Counted from the first letter of the stretch, positions 1 to 12,527 are shown. The stretch: 64,000 bases of DNA from Kiritimatiellia bacterium (GCA_027493775.1 JAOSKE010000003.1:269761-333760); one strand, 5' to 3'. Notes: generated by a model from the sequence alone, not told the origin. Program-made: numbers and translations.

Positions 1-2
1 TG

Positions 3-1632
3 ATTACGAGTAACGCGTGGACGCTTGGAGAGCGCGTTGATCTCTCTGATCAACTTCTCGGTATGCCCACACGCATTTTGATCGGTCAACGCGCCGACAG
101 CATCGTCGTCGCAACAGACAACGACTCGCTCCAGTATTTCTTCCGATCTGAACATGCGCTCTCATTGCTCCAGACTTGGAAACCCTTTGAAGGCTCCGCA
201 CAGTTGGCAATTGCCGATTTTCTTTTCGGCGACGACTCCATCGTCCTTGCGAACACGCGGGGCGAAAACAAAATCTTCAGCCTGTACGAGCACGGAGGAC
301 AGAGCCGCCTTTTTCGGGCAAACCAAGGTATTTCCCCTGCTCGACACGCCTCCCCTCGCCTACAGCCGAAGTCAACGCAACAAAACGTTCCTGATCGCCG
401 GTGGACAGCGCGCCTCTCTTCGCTACGCCACAACAGAATCAGTGCGCTGGGACGGCGCACTTCCGTTCACGGTACAACTCGCAGCGCTCGGCCCAAAAAA
501 CAACGCGATGTGGTTTCTCGATAGCCGCCAACGACTCCACCGCTACTCACTCAACGACCCGCATCCCGAGGCTGGCTTCCGCGCATTCTTCGGCAAGGTC
601 TGGTACGAGGGATCATCGGAACCAAAATACGAGTGGCAAAGCACCGGCGCATCCGACGACGCAGAGCCGAAGCTCTCGATGATTCCCCTGCTGATCGGCA
701 CGCTCAAGGGAACATTTTATGCGATGCTGCTCGCCGCGCCTCTCGCACTTTTTGCCGCATTGTACGCCTCGCAATTCGCACATCCAAAGTTCAAACAATT
801 CATCAAGCCGACAATGGAAGTGATGGCCTCGCTCCCCTCCGTGATCCTCGGTTTCCTCGCCGCGCTCTGGCTCGCGCCTTTGCTCGACCAGCGAATACCC
901 TCTCTTGCCCTCGCGTTGGTCTTCCTCCCTGTCAGCGCGCTTCTTTTCGGTGCGCTCCTGGAACAGATGCCCTACTCGATCCGACGCCGCATCAAACCCG
1001 GCTTCGAGTTTATCGCAATCCTTCCACTCCTCGCCCTTGCCGCCTACGCCGCGTGGCGCTTGGGCCCCGTGATGGAATCCGCATTCTTTATCGCGCGCGA
1101 CCTGTCCACCGGCGAACCAATTCCCGATTTTCGCCTTTGGTGGGTGCAAACAACCGGACTCCCTTTTGAACAACGAAACGCATTAGTCGTAGGTTTTATG
1201 ATGGGCTTCGCGGTTATCCCGATCATTTTCACGATGGCGGAAGACGCGCTATCCAACGTGCCGCCCGCGTTCAGTTCTTCATCCCTTGCGCTGGGCGCGA
1301 GCCGATGGCAAACCACCATCCGGGTCATTCTGCCAACGGCCTCGGCGGGAATCTTTTCGGCGTTGATGATCGGGCTGGGCCGCGCGGTCGGCGAAACGAT
1401 GATCGTGTTGATGGCGACAGGCAACACGCCGATCACCGGCTGGAATATTTTTTCAGGAATGCGCACACTCTCCGCAAATCTTGCGGTGGAACTGCCCGAG
1501 GCGCCGCTCCACAGCACGCTCTATCGGACGCTCTTCCTCGGCGCACTGCTCCTCTTTCTACTCACGTTCATTGTGAACACCCTCGCGGAAATCATCCGCA
1601 ATCGCCTGCGCGAAAAATATAAAGCCGTCTGA
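3..1632 (+). CDS. pstC: Phosphate ABC transporter permease PstC, long form with soluble N-terminal domain; 5'-partial; one apparent frameshift near 310-315
   Basis: Frame 3 is open from the window edge and switches to the 154..1632 frame at the T-run cgcctttttcggg. The C-terminal part has PstC motifs (PTMEVMASLPSVILG, ALGASRWQT..VILP, GRAVGETMIVLMATGN) and lies upstream of pstA/pstB/phoU. Confidence 0.9.
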
Positions 1633-3273
1633 TGTCCCGAAAACGACCAACCTATAAGAACACGCCATCCGCCGGTGAAGCCGGTGTCTGGCTCTCTTCG
1701 ATGGGCCTATCCATCGGCCTGCTTCTTGTCCTCGGACTGCTCGGCCTCATCGCGGTCAATGGATTGAGCGTGTTCTGGCCAAAGCCGTTGCTGCGTGTGA
1801 CGCTGCAATCGGATAGCGCCTCCGTCGTCGAAGGGCAGACGATTGTGGCAGGACTGTTGACCGGCGCACGCGACCGTATGCTCCCCGCTCCTCGCACGGC
1901 TGCGCCGCAACGCGAATGGCGACTGCAAATCGGAAACAAAGACGTGTACGGACAAGGCTTTCGCTACATCGTCACAGATGACGCGCTGCGGACGGATTAT
2001 CCTGCAAATGCGCTTGTCCTTGAACGGATGGAATACGGTCCCGCAATCGGAATTCCGCTGACGCTCAACCTGCCGAACGGGGGAACGAGTCGGCGCAGAT
2101 TCAGCGGATTTCGAGGATGCACTTCGCAGCGCAATTGCGCGTACGCACAAGTTACGCCGAGAGCTACGGCGTGTCGAAAAACACAGCATCGGCAAAATCA
2201 ATCACAACCTTTCCCGCCTTCATGCCAACACGGAAAAGCTGGAATCGGAACGAGGCCAGGAACTTCAGACCAAACTTCTCTCGCAATACGCATCGCTGAC
2301 AGACGAGGCGCAACAGATTCGGTCTTCACTGGGCGAAGGAACACTAAGCATCCAGCTCTTCACAGGGGAGCAGCGCAACATTCCGCTCGGTCAACTTGTA
2401 CAGGCGCATTTCCCAAATCAAATGAACCTTGCCAATAAGGCCGTATTTTTCCTGCGCGGAATTGCCTCGTTTGTCTCTCAGGAACCACGCGAGGCGAATA
2501 CAGAAGGCGGAATATTCCCGGCCATCTTCGGGACCTTCATCTTAACGCTTTTGATGAGCGTTGCCGTAATGCCGTTCGGCGTACTCGCGGCGATCTATCT
2601 GCGCGAATACGCGAGACAAAACTGGTTCACACAAACCGTGCGCATCTCCATCAACAATCTCGCAGGCGTTCCATCCATTGTCTTCGGCGTGTTCGGACTG
2701 GGATTCCTCGTTTATTTCACGGGCAGCACGATTGACAAACTTTTCTTCTCCAACTCGCTCCCCGCCCCCACCTTCGGAACGGGGGGCATTTTGTGGGCGG
2801 CGCTGACACTCGCACTGATGACGGTTCCGGTAGTGATCGTCGCGACGGAAGAAGCGCTCGCGGCCGTGCCGCGTGGTGCGCGTGAAGGCTCGCTCGCGTT
2901 GGGCGGTTCGAAATGGCAAACGATCTATCGCGTCGTTATTCCTGCCGCTGCGCCGGGCATTATGACCGGACTCGTCCTTGCAATGGCGCGAGGGGCGGGA
3001 GAAGTGGCGCCGTTGATGCTGGTCGGAGTCGTCAAACTCGCGCCCGCGTTGCCGGTGGATGGCCTATTCCCATTTCTTCACCTCGACCGAAAGTTTATGC
3101 ACTTGGGCTTTCACATTTATGACCTCGGCTTCCAGTCGCCCGACTCGGATGCGGCTCAACCGATGGTCTTTGCCACAACGCTGTTCCTCATTGCGCTCGT
3201 TGTTCTGTTGAACCTCGGCGCGATTGCGATTCGCGAGCGGCTTCGCCGTAAATATGCAGTGGGGGCTTTTTAG
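1632..3273 (+). CDS. pstA: Phosphate ABC transporter permease PstA, long form; split by apparent frameshifts (~2085, ~2420)
   Basis: TGATG coupling to pstC. ORF 2422..3273 has [32 protein letters not shown] and [10 protein letters not shown]; ORF 1632..2438 supplies the N-terminal TM and periplasmic part. Confidence 0.88.
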
Positions 3274-3286
3274 TCAGGGATTCGTA

Positions 3287-4072
3287 ATGACACAAAACAC
3301 CGAAACAGCTTCGTCTGAAGACATCGTGGTCAACGCCAGCGAATTAAATTTCTTTTATGGCGACCACCACGCGCTGCATTCCATCAATATGCAGATTCCG
3401 CGCCGCAAATGCACCGCGTTCATCGGCCCCTCCGGCTGTGGAAAGTCCACGTTCCTCCGCTGCATCAATCGAATGAACGATTTGGTGGATGGCACGCGGA
3501 TGGAGGGCAGTTTGCTGCTCGACACGATGGAGCTTAATTCAGAGACCGTGGACGTAATTGCGCTGCGTCGCCGTGTCGGGATGGTCTTTCAAAAATCGAA
3601 TCCATTCCCAAAATCCATTTATGAAAATGTGATCTACGGCCTCCGCATCGCGGGCGTTCGCAACCGCGCGCTGCTCGATGAGACGGTGGAGCGCTGTCTG
3701 CAAAAAGCGGCGCTCTGGAACGAGGTCAAGGATCGCCTGCACACCTCGGCATTGAAGCTGTCCGGCGGCCAAATGCAACGCCTCTGCATTGCGCGCTGCA
3801 TTGCCGTGGACCCTGAAGTGATTCTGATGGACGAACCCTGTTCCGCGCTCGACCCGCGCGCAACTTCGAGCATCGAGGACCTGGTGGACGAACTGAGTCA
3901 GGAGTTCACGATCGTCATCGTCACACACAACATGCAGCAGGCCGCGCGCATTTCCGACAAGGCGGCGTTCTTTTATGAAGGACACCTCGTTGAATTCGGG
4001 GATACTGAACAAATGTTCAGAAAACCGGCGAACCAGCAAACACAGGATTACATCACAGGACGTTTCAGCTAA
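3287..4072 (+). CDS. pstB: Phosphate ABC transporter ATP-binding protein PstB
   Basis: Walker A GPSGCGKS, signature [13 protein letters not shown], Walker B ILMDEP, C-terminal [13 protein letters not shown] at 3287 is preferred over the longer ORF start. Confidence 0.95.
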   Translation: MTQNTETASSEDIVVNASELNFFYGDHHALHSINMQIPRRKCTAFIGPSGCGKSTFLRCINRMNDLVDGTRMEGSLLLDTMELNSETVDVIALRRRVGMVFQKSNPFPKSIYENVIYGLRIAGVRNRALLDETVERCLQKAALWNEVKDRLHTSALKLSGGQMQRLCIARCIAVDPEVILMDEPCSALDPRATSSIEDLVDELSQEFTIVIVTHNMQQAARISDKAAFFYEGHLVEFGDTEQMFRKPANQQTQDYITGRFS

Positions 4073-4120
4073 ACTTGCGCACAGCCGCAAGCGATTACTT
4101 CGGAAGGACAGGAGAGCAAC

Positions 4121-4831
4121 ATGGCCGTACATCTAATGCGCGAACTGGATAACCTCAAAAAGGTCAGTCTCACGCTTGCCGCAATGGTGGAAGACAACCT
4201 GCGCCTCGCCATGAAGGCAGTGGTCGAGCGCGACGAACCGCTTGCGCGAAAAGTGATCGAGGCCGACATCGAAATTGATCGGCAGGAGGTCGAGGTCGAG
4301 GAGGAATGTCTCAAGATTCTCGCGCTCTACCAACCCGTCGCACACGACCTGCGGTTCATTGTCGCCATGCTCAAAATCAACCACGACCTCGAACGCATTG
4401 GCGACCTTGCCGTCAACATCGGCGAACGCGCTGTCGCGCTCGCGCAGCGTCCGTCGCCCACGCGCGACTTTCACATTCAGCGCCTCGCAGAGATTGCCCA
4501 AACGATGGTCAGCCGAAGTCTCGACGCGCTCATCAATCAAGACGCGAAGCTCGCGCGCGAGGTCTGGCTTTCCGACAATGAGGTCAACCAGCTCAACCGC
4601 GATCTCCTCAATGAAGTGGAGGAGGAGATTGAGCGCGACCCGTCGCAGCTCCACGCACTCCTTGCCCTCACATTGATATCGCGCACGCTGGAGCGAATCG
4701 CGGATCACGCGACAAATATTTCTAAAGGCGTCATTTACATGATTGATGGCGACATCGTCCGCCATCGCTCCAAATTCTTCCGTAAAAAGTTTGCGGCGGA
4801 GCAGGCCCAAGGATCAGGCGAGCCGTCGTGA
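4121..4831 (+). CDS. phoU: Phosphate signalling complex protein PhoU
   Basis: Two PhoU repeats (ALYQPVAHDLR..DLERIGDLAVNI; LERIADHATNI); GGAG-type RBS; follows pstB. Confidence 0.95.
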   Translation: MAVHLMRELDNLKKVSLTLAAMVEDNLRLAMKAVVERDEPLARKVIEADIEIDRQEVEVEEECLKILALYQPVAHDLRFIVAMLKINHDLERIGDLAVNIGERAVALAQRPSPTRDFHIQRLAEIAQTMVSRSLDALINQDAKLAREVWLSDNEVNQLNRDLLNEVEEEIERDPSQLHALLALTLISRTLERIADHATNISKGVIYMIDGDIVRHRSKFFRKKFAAEQAQGSGEPS

Positions 4832-4882
4832 TAGGACGCTCGTTTTGACAACATCGCTCGTTGGCCATAGTCTGACAAAGCA

Positions 4883-5706
4883 ATGGAAACGAAACAGCCC
4901 CTACTCCCACCCGATTACCACACACACAACCGACTCTGTAAACATGCCGACGGCGTTCCTTGGACTACGCTTTGGTTGGAACAGAACGAGGCGTTCCGCA
5001 TATTGCCGCGACCGATCACTGTCCCACCGACACACGCTTTGGCGACGAACACCGGATGCGCGTTGAACAATTTCCGGAGTACATCGAAATGGTGGAGGCC
5101 GCTCGCGCGGCCAGTCCCATCCCGGTTCTTTTGGGAATCGAGGCCGACTACTATCGCGGGTGCGAACGCTTTCTCGACACGTGGACACAGAAGTATCCCT
5201 TCGACCTCGTCCTTGGTTCGGTTCATTTTTTGAACTATTGGGGCAAGCCCGGCGAGCTGCGCACCCTCGCCGATGCTGACGACCCCGCAGTGACGTGGAA
5301 GTTGTATTTCGAACTGATAAGCGAACTCGCAGACACACGCCTATACGACATCGTTGCGCACATTGATCTACCCAAACGCTTCGGCAACGAAATTGCAGAG
5401 ACCGCGCTGCGCGAATTTGCGCTCCCTGCGCTCGACCGGCTCGCAGAGGCGGGCATGGCCATAGAGATCAACACATCCGGATTGAATCATGCGCCCCAAG
5501 AGCCTTATCCCGGCCTCAATATTCTCACGTGGGCTTGCGAACGCGAAGTCGGCCTGACCTTCGGTTCCGACTCCCACCACCCCGACCGCGTAGGCACCGG
5601 TTTCGACGTCGCCCTGAAACTCGCTGCCGACGCTGGCTATAAAACCAGCCGCCACTACCATCAGCGCGAGTTCACAGAGCAACCGCTGCTGGCACAAGGC
5701 GCATAA
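4883..5706 (+). CDS. PHP-domain histidinol-phosphatase (HisJ family); apparent frameshift near 4957
   Basis: DYHTHNRLCKHADG in the first frame, then TDH, GIEADY, GSVHF, AHIDLPKRFG, EINTSG and GSDSHHP in the 4960..5706 frame. Confidence 0.85.
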
Positions 5707-5920
5707 ACTCAGACGTCGAACTTGGCGCCTCAACTCCGTTGGTTCAAAACTTTTAAAACCGCAATGAAACCTCTCCATCGAGGGCTTGCGCGGCGGTCTC
5801 CAACCTTAGTCTGCGCCCGGCGGCTTATGACGGATGAAGACGTGTTTGAGGCTTTTTCCTGGCTTCGTTTTTTGAACACGCTTGCTTTTTAACCGGAACG
5901 AGCTTTAGGCTCTACGAAGG

Positions 5921-6727
5921 ATGAGTGCAACTAAGCTTTCCGCGATTCCGTTGTTTGCCACGCTGACGGACGGTGACAGTGAACGTCTCGCCAATGTAAT
6001 GGTCTCGCGTAAATTCGAGGCGAACAAGACGCTCTTCTGGAGCGGCGACAAGGGTGCAGACTTCTACATCATTCAAGCGGGTCGAGTGGAACTGTTCCTT
6101 CAGGACGGAAGTGGAAACGAAACCATCCTAGCGCGACTTGGTCCGGGCGATTATTTCGGCGAACTTTCCATGCTCGATGGCGGCCCGCGCACGGCGACCT
6201 GCCGCGCACTCACGCCGGTTGAGGCGCTCACGCTCTCTCGCGATGCTTTCTTTGAATTTATCAAATCCCATCCGAACGCAGCGGCGCACCTGCTCGAAAC
6301 GCTCGGTCGCCGACAGCGCGATACGCTGGCGCAACTGCGCAGCGTCCGAAATTCAAACACCGCAATTGAGGAAATTGCAGCGGGCGGCCCGCTTTGGCCG
6401 CGTATCGCAGATCGGATTGCGGCGATCAGCGCAAGCAAGCAGTTTCTGACCTTTCACGTCATCTGGTTTGCAACATGGATATCGCTCAACGAGCTGATAT
6501 TGCCAAAACCGTTCGACCCATTCCCATTCGGCCTCCTCACGATGACCGTTTCACTGGAGGCAATTTTTCTCTCCATCTTCGTCCTTGTCAGCGCCAACCG
6601 GCAGGGCGAGCGTGACCGTATCCGCGCGGACGTGGATCATCAGGTGAACCTCAAGGCGCACAACGAGTTGTTGGAGCTACGGCGCAAACTCGACGAAATC
6701 AGCGAGCGCTTGATCGAAAAAAAATAG
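5921..6727 (+). CDS. Cyclic-nucleotide-binding domain plus DUF1003-type membrane domain protein
   Basis: cNMP fold (GDYFGELSMLDGGPRTATCRA), followed by PFDPFPFGLLTMTVSLEAIFLSIFVLVSANR typical of DUF1003. Confidence 0.85.
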   Translation: MSATKLSAIPLFATLTDGDSERLANVMVSRKFEANKTLFWSGDKGADFYIIQAGRVELFLQDGSGNETILARLGPGDYFGELSMLDGGPRTATCRALTPVEALTLSRDAFFEFIKSHPNAAAHLLETLGRRQRDTLAQLRSVRNSNTAIEEIAAGGPLWPRIADRIAAISASKQFLTFHVIWFATWISLNELILPKPFDPFPFGLLTMTVSLEAIFLSIFVLVSANRQGERDRIRADVDHQVNLKAHNELLELRRKLDEISERLIEKK

Positions 6728-6752
6728 CGTCCGTCCGCAACCGTTGCGCGGT

Positions 6753-8614
6753 TCAAAACAGCTCATCAAAATGAATCGCGCGCACGCGCACGTCACCCGA
6801 TCCGCCGTACTGCAAACGCGGTTCAAGCGCGGTGATCCGATTCGTCAGATCAAGCTCCGCCTGAAACAATGTGCCACTGGCGCTTCCAACCAGTGAGTCT
6901 TCCCATACTGAGGTTTTGTCTGGACGGATGAGAATGTCAGCGCCCAGCGGAGCATTGGACGAAATGTTCGATGCTTGCCCCAGCCACGTCGCCCTGTACC
7001 GCCCCTTTGGCAGACGAATAAGCCGGCCAAACGCCAACCAACCCGCTGCGTCTCGCGTGCTCGCAACACGCACAACGAGACCGGTTGCGTCCGGCTCGTT
7101 TTGTCCGGGTCCGTTTATGAAACGTATCAGCCAGCCGCCTCACCCTCACCGGCTGCTGATCGAGAAGAATCGGCTCGTCCGGGTTTTCAGCGCGTAAGAG
7201 ATAGGCAGAGCGATCAGCAAATAGTCGCTGCACAATAACGTTTTCGTCGCCAAGACTTCGCAAGATGAGCGGGTCGCTGTCTTCGCCGTGAGCGTTCATA
7301 ATGATCTCACCAGGGCGGACCTCCTCAAACCCCTCGACCAATGCGATGGAGTTCGGCGGGAGATCATTGAGCGCCTCGACAAACTCGCTTTTGCTCTTTT
7401 GCTTGGGCGCACGAGTAATAGATTCTTGCACCGCAAACACGGTGTTCCAAGTCAACAAGCCGACCAGCACTGCGACAACAACAGCGATGCGGGTTACCGA
7501 GTGCGTACCAGCTCGCGACCAGATGCGAGAAAGCCCAAACGCAAAAAGAAGCGAGAGCGGAGCGAGCGTCTCAAAGAAATAAACCGGTCCGCCCGCATCC
7601 GTTACGCCCTTGTACCAAAAACCGATATAGCCAAGCCACACACTTAGCGTAACACCGAGAAAGAGCGGGGACCCAGCGACGCGACCAGCCGACGATGCTC
7701 AACACGAGTGCGATAAGCAACGAGCCATGAAAGCCCCAAAGCCACTGATCCATCGCACGGACGTTATTCCACAAGTACCCCAGCCCATTTGCAAACGTGT
7801 GGTGAACAACCTCCCCATAAACGTGGCGAGTGCCGAAGCCAAGACTTTCGCTCGCATCGTAAAAAAGATACGTCGCATGAAACGGATCATTCGTGACCAG
7901 TTGGTTATAGGCAAGGTAACCAAGCACACCGCAACCAGCGGCCACGGCAAACAGGGCCGTCTGTTGGAACGCGCGCCACGTTCGCACACGAAGCCAATGC
8001 CACAGCGCGTCCACCGCAAACGGAATCGCCATCAGCAGCGCCGTGTAGGTGCGATTTAGAAAGAGAAGGCTCCACGCTAGTCCGGCGATAAACAAAGGCC
8101 ACCGCTCATTGCGCGTCCGCCCGCGAATGTAGCCCCAACACAACATCGCCGCTGCAGCCAGTCCGCTCGTGTGGCTCAACTGCGTTCCATACATGAAAAA
8201 GAAAAATGGCGACACGAGTAACGGAACAGCGACAAGCGCCTGTGGAATTCCCAGCGCGAATGCCGCGCCGCACAGGAACCAGATCGCCACGGCAGCAGCG
8301 AGTCCGATCGCCGGATAAACCGCATCCGCCCAAATACTCGTCAGCAGCCAGAGCGAGTGGCCGGGCGGATAGCGAGAGAGCCAGCCAGCCTCGGGATGAA
8401 TAATGACCATGCCCGAGCTGAACGCTTCCGGCATCGGCGGCTCGGGGCGTGCAATTACACCATCGAGAAAGTTGTACGCTTGAAAAACATAGCTATTTTC
8501 ATCCGATCCCGTTGGCACGCGATGAAAGACAACATAACTGCTGACCGTGGACAGCATGAAAGCGATCGCCGCAAACAGCATGCGCCAGCGCAATGTAGTT
8601 CCCTTTGCGCTCAT
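6753..8614 (-). CDS. Multi-TM GT-C fold glycosyltransferase (ArnT/PMT-like) with C-terminal periplasmic domain; apparent frameshifts near 7600 and 7105
   Basis: ATG at 8614 overlaps the UbiA stop (ATGA). SDENSY loop motif and RYPPG, then many TM helices; continues in ORFs 6937..7641 and 6753..7073. Confidence 0.7.
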
Positions 8615-9573
8615 GGGAACGCAACCGGCGCATAACGGGGCGCAAAGAGTTGCGAAAGCGGTGCAACATTTACGAAAAGTAACACGCCACAAACTACAAA
8701 TGCAAACAGCGCTGGGACCATGATGCTGCGATAGCGCCACAGGCGCTCGGGATTCATCGCAGGGCTATGCGGCTTAAAGCCGATTCGGAAGTAGCTCGCC
8801 ATCGCAAGACCGACAAACGGAATCGCAAGAGTCAGTTCAATGCGATAACGCGAGATGAAGACTCCGGAAAACATACCGAACAGTGCGGCATAAAAAAGAA
8901 TGCTCACAAGCAGGCGTTCCTCGTTGTACCAACGGAACGATTTTCGGTACGCGCCGGCAACTGCGGCATCGCCGAGGTGACGCAGCTCGGCGTAGCGCTT
9001 AATCGCCATAAGAAACGCGCCGAACATCCAATAGGCGAGAAGTACGGAAAGCGTGGGCGCCGTTGAAACCCCCATCGCGTACCAACCGATTGCCATTCGA
9101 ATCGGATTGTTCACCGACTCGGACAACACATCCCCATACGGCACGTCCTTCAAGCGAACCGGCGGCACGTTGTAGGTCAGCCCCATCACCCACAACAACG
9201 CGCACGAAGCCAACAGCCCCTTGTTGACCAACGCGGCCAGGGCGAGACCCAGAACGGCCAAAACGAGCCAGAGAACATAAGCCCCGCCAACCCCAATACG
9301 GCCTGAAGCAATGGGGCGCGTCTTCTTGTCCGGATGATGCGCATCGCCCGGCGCATCCAGGATTTCATTAATTACATAATTACTCGACGCAACGAGACAA
9401 GCGCTGATCAGAGCCAAAACGATGCTCAGCCACTGCTTGGCCAGATCGAGACCCGGAACAAAGTAGAACGCCAGAAGTATGCCCGGCGCAACAAAGACAT
9501 TCTTGATCCAATAACCCGGACGAATGAGATGTAGATAGTCCCCCCACCAAAACTGGGACTTGAATTGATTCAT
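8611..9573 (-). CDS. UbiA-family prenyltransferase, decaprenyl-phosphate phosphoribosyltransferase-like
   Basis: RPGYWIKNVFV, YVINEILDAPGDAHHPDKKTRPIASG and KRYAEL motifs of the DPPR-synthase-like subfamily. Confidence 0.85.
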   Translation of the reverse strand: MNQFKSQFWWGDYLHLIRPGYWIKNVFVAPGILLAFYFVPGLDLAKQWLSIVLALISACLVASSNYVINEILDAPGDAHHPDKKTRPIASGRIGVGGAYVLWLVLAVLGLALAALVNKGLLASCALLWVMGLTYNVPPVRLKDVPYGDVLSESVNNPIRMAIGWYAMGVSTAPTLSVLLAYWMFGAFLMAIKRYAELRHLGDAAVAGAYRKSFRWYNEERLLVSILFYAALFGMFSGVFISRYRIELTLAIPFVGLAMASYFRIGFKPHSPAMNPERLWRYRSIMVPALFAFVVCGVLLFVNVAPLSQLFAPRYAPVAFP

Positions 9574-9726
9574 CGGCGCAAATCATTACGCACTCAATTC
9601 CCGCTGTCACGAGTTATTACGTAAAAACTTGGTTTTATTTTTGCCCCGCCGAGGTGGGCGGAGCGATCAGCCCCGCCCCCTATCCAGCCCGAAGAAGTGG
9701 CGCCCCTTCACCTCCGAACGCTTCGA

Positions 9727-11052
9727 CTACGATTCCCCCGCAGGGAGTCTTCGGGGTTTCGATGCCGCAAACTTTGCCGTCATGGTCGGATTGTTGCGTG
9801 TGAGCTTCTTGATGGTCAGGTCCTCCGCCTTTTCGTTGGCAAGACGAAGATGGTTTTCGGAGCCAAGCAGGGAATCTTTTATCCTTTGCAGGCTCGCGAT
9901 ATTCTTATCGATCTCCTTAATTGCGCCCTGAAATTTTTCAGACGCCAGACGATAATTCCGCCCAAATGCATCTTTGAAGCTCGCCAAACTCGCTTCAAAA
10001 TTCGTGACGTCAATATCACGCGCTTTCACTTCTGCGAGCTCTTTCTTGTACGCAAGAGACTTCAACGAGGCATTGCGCAACAGCGTGATAAGCTGAATGA
10101 AAAACTGCGGACGGATGACGTACATCTTTGGATAACGGTGTGACACATCCACAATACCGGTATTGTACAACTCGCTATCGGCCTCAAGGAGCGAGACCAG
10201 AACGGCGTATTCGCACTTCTTTTCCCGACGGTCCTTGTCGAGTTCCGCGAGGAAATCCTCGTTTTTCTTCTTCGTGGCGGTCGTTTCGCTCTCATTCTTC
10301 ATTTCAAACATAATGGAAACGACCTCAATCCCATCCGGATCGGACTCGCGAAAAATATAATCCCCCTTGCTCCCCGTCCGCGCGTCCGTGTCCTTCTCGA
10401 AATACGCGGTCGGAAATGCGCTCGGACGGATTCGGTTAAATTCCGTTTCGCAGTGTTCCTCCAGCGTTTGCCCGACCATTTTGGTGGAGAGCTTCGCCTT
10501 AAAATCCTGGAGACGCTTAATGGTCTCGTCACGATCCTTGATTTGCGTCTCAAGCCGTTCTTTGAGCGCCTTCTCCCCAAGCTCCCTCTCGTACTTGAGC
10601 CGTTCCATATCCGCTTTCAGAGCATCTCGTTGTTTTTCGATGTTACTGACTGCTTCTTGCATCCGGTTTTTCGCTTCCGCCGCGCTAAGTTTCGCCTCGT
10701 TTTCCTTATCGAGTCGGGCCTGCTCAACTTCGTGCGCCAGTTGATCTCGTTCTTTTTGCAGCTCTCCTAGCGCTTGAGTGACAGCCAGTTGGCGTTCGGT
10801 ATTGCTCCCTTCGAGTTTGGCCTTAAGCTCACGGACTTCGGCATCCTTTGCTGAGAGCGACTCCTGTAATTCCTGCTTCACCTTCGCCTCGGCGAGCTCC
10901 ACTGCGTCGCCTTTTTCACGCGCCGCTGCAGCGAGCCGCTCATGGATTTGCTTGTCAAACTCCTTATCCCGAACCTGCTTCAGAATACTCGCATAGCCAG
11001 CCTCATCAATTTTGAAAGCCTTCCCACAATGCGGACAGCTAATTTCATTCAT
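9727..11052 (-). CDS. DUF2130 family protein (N-terminal CPHC, long coiled coil, C-terminal nuclease-like domain)
   Basis: [21 protein letters not shown] start with a GGAGG-like RBS; [16 protein letters not shown]; [10 protein letters not shown]; IMFEMKNE; [10 protein letters not shown]. Confidence 0.85.
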   Translation of the reverse strand: MNEISCPHCGKAFKIDEAGYASILKQVRDKEFDKQIHERLAAAAREKGDAVELAEAKVKQELQESLSAKDAEVRELKAKLEGSNTERQLAVTQALGELQKERDQLAHEVEQARLDKENEAKLSAAEAKNRMQEAVSNIEKQRDALKADMERLKYERELGEKALKERLETQIKDRDETIKRLQDFKAKLSTKMVGQTLEEHCETEFNRIRPSAFPTAYFEKDTDARTGSKGDYIFRESDPDGIEVVSIMFEMKNESETTATKKKNEDFLAELDKDRREKKCEYAVLVSLLEADSELYNTGIVDVSHRYPKMYVIRPQFFIQLITLLRNASLKSLAYKKELAEVKARDIDVTNFEASLASFKDAFGRNYRLASEKFQGAIKEIDKNIASLQRIKDSLLGSENHLRLANEKAEDLTIKKLTRNNPTMTAKFAASKPRRLPAGES

Positions 11053-11081
11053 CGCTTCCTCCTTTTTATGATTTTGTTTGC

Positions 11082-12527
11082 TTAACAATTGAACTCATCT
11101 CCCGGTGACGCCGGGTTCGCACGAATGACCTGTGCTTCCTTTTTTGCCTCCCTAGCCTGTTTTGGACGTCGGCTTTTTTCATAAATGCCAGCGATAGACT
11201 CCAACACCTCGGCCAGTCTGAGGTGGTCTTCCGTAGAAAAGGCGCGCTTCCTGCAATTCAAACGGCGATCACGCCGCGATTTCCCACATACAATCGCAGT
11301 TTTAAACAGCTCCTCGGCTATGGAGAGTTGGTTTTGGGCCAAATAGAGGTTTGCCATATCAACCAGCCCTTGATAGTGCTCGGGAAGCGGTAGAACCATT
11401 GGAGGACTATCGTGAAAGAGCGATTTAAACGTGTATAGAGCCTGGTCAATCTGCCCCGTCGCACGATAGAGGTGTGCCAGCTCAAGCTTGTATTTCGGAT
11501 GATCGAGATGGCTCGTGCTGCTTCTCGCGCCCTCCCTATTCGCCAGCGCATGCTCATAGAGGCTCACCGCTTTATTCGTTTTGCCCAGCGCCGCGCAAAT
11601 TCGCGCATGGTTCCCGGCAAGCTCTGTGATTGCGCCTTCATCCAACTCGGGCGTTTGCTCGGCTAGGTTCAGCGCGATGCCATAGTGCTTTTCTGCATCA
11701 TGAAGTTCGAATTGCACAGCGAAACACTCCGCAATGCATTTATGCGTCCGCCACGACTGGTAAGCATTCTCTCCATACATAACCTCTTCCATTTTTAAGG
11801 CCGTTCTATACAGATCCATCGCTCGGCCAAACTCGCCTTCCTGTACATAGAGATCGCCCAGATCAACATTCGCCTTCGCCCCGACAGCACTTATCGGGCC
11901 ATACTTTTTCTTCGCACTCGACAAGGCTTTTCCAAAGCACTTCTTCGCTTTTGCTCGTTCACCGGAATCGCGGAAAACAACATATTTTCTTCCCAAACCG
12001 AGCCACAGACTCGGCAGCACGGGAGAATCTGGACAATGTCTGAAGGCGAGCGCCAAGGCTCTGCGGTAAATCGTCGTCGAGTTGAAGCTCCCAAACCTTC
12101 TACCGATCTCACACAACTGATAGAGGGTATAAACAAACGTCGGGTAGTCTTTATTTTTGGATTCCATTTGAATGGTGTGGGACAGCCGATAGAACAGCGC
12201 TGTGAACATATAGCATTTCATCTTATAATTGATCTCTGCCAACGCATTGAGACCGGGGACAAGCTCTACGGCATTAGCGCCATACCACCGCTCATTAATG
12301 GCAATCACTCTCATCCACAATGATTCGGCCTGCCGATACTCCGCAGGGGTGGTACATCTCGCAGTTACCGACTGCAGCGAATGCTCAACCTGCTGCTGAT
12401 AGCGCTTCGGCTTTCGCATGAACAGTTCAAGGGCCTGTTCGATAAGCCGAACGGCTTCCTGATGCTTACTCTCATCCAGAAGGCCTTCCACCTGCTCAAC
12501 TAACAATACGATCTGTTTAATAAACAC
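11082..12527 (-). CDS. Tetratricopeptide-repeat protein; visibly more AT-rich than its neighbours
   Basis: 481-aa ORF with repeated helical TPR-like units ([22 protein letters not shown]; [21 protein letters not shown]). Confidence 0.7.
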   Translation of the reverse strand: MFIKQIVLLVEQVEGLLDESKHQEAVRLIEQALELFMRKPKRYQQQVEHSLQSVTARCTTPAEYRQAESLWMRVIAINERWYGANAVELVPGLNALAEINYKMKCYMFTALFYRLSHTIQMESKNKDYPTFVYTLYQLCEIGRRFGSFNSTTIYRRALALAFRHCPDSPVLPSLWLGLGRKYVVFRDSGERAKAKKCFGKALSSAKKKYGPISAVGAKANVDLGDLYVQEGEFGRAMDLYRTALKMEEVMYGENAYQSWRTHKCIAECFAVQFELHDAEKHYGIALNLAEQTPELDEGAITELAGNHARICAALGKTNKAVSLYEHALANREGARSSTSHLDHPKYKLELAHLYRATGQIDQALYTFKSLFHDSPPMVLPLPEHYQGLVDMANLYLAQNQLSIAEELFKTAIVCGKSRRDRRLNCRKRAFSTEDHLRLAEVLESIAGIYEKSRRPKQAREAKKEAQVIRANPASPGDEFNC

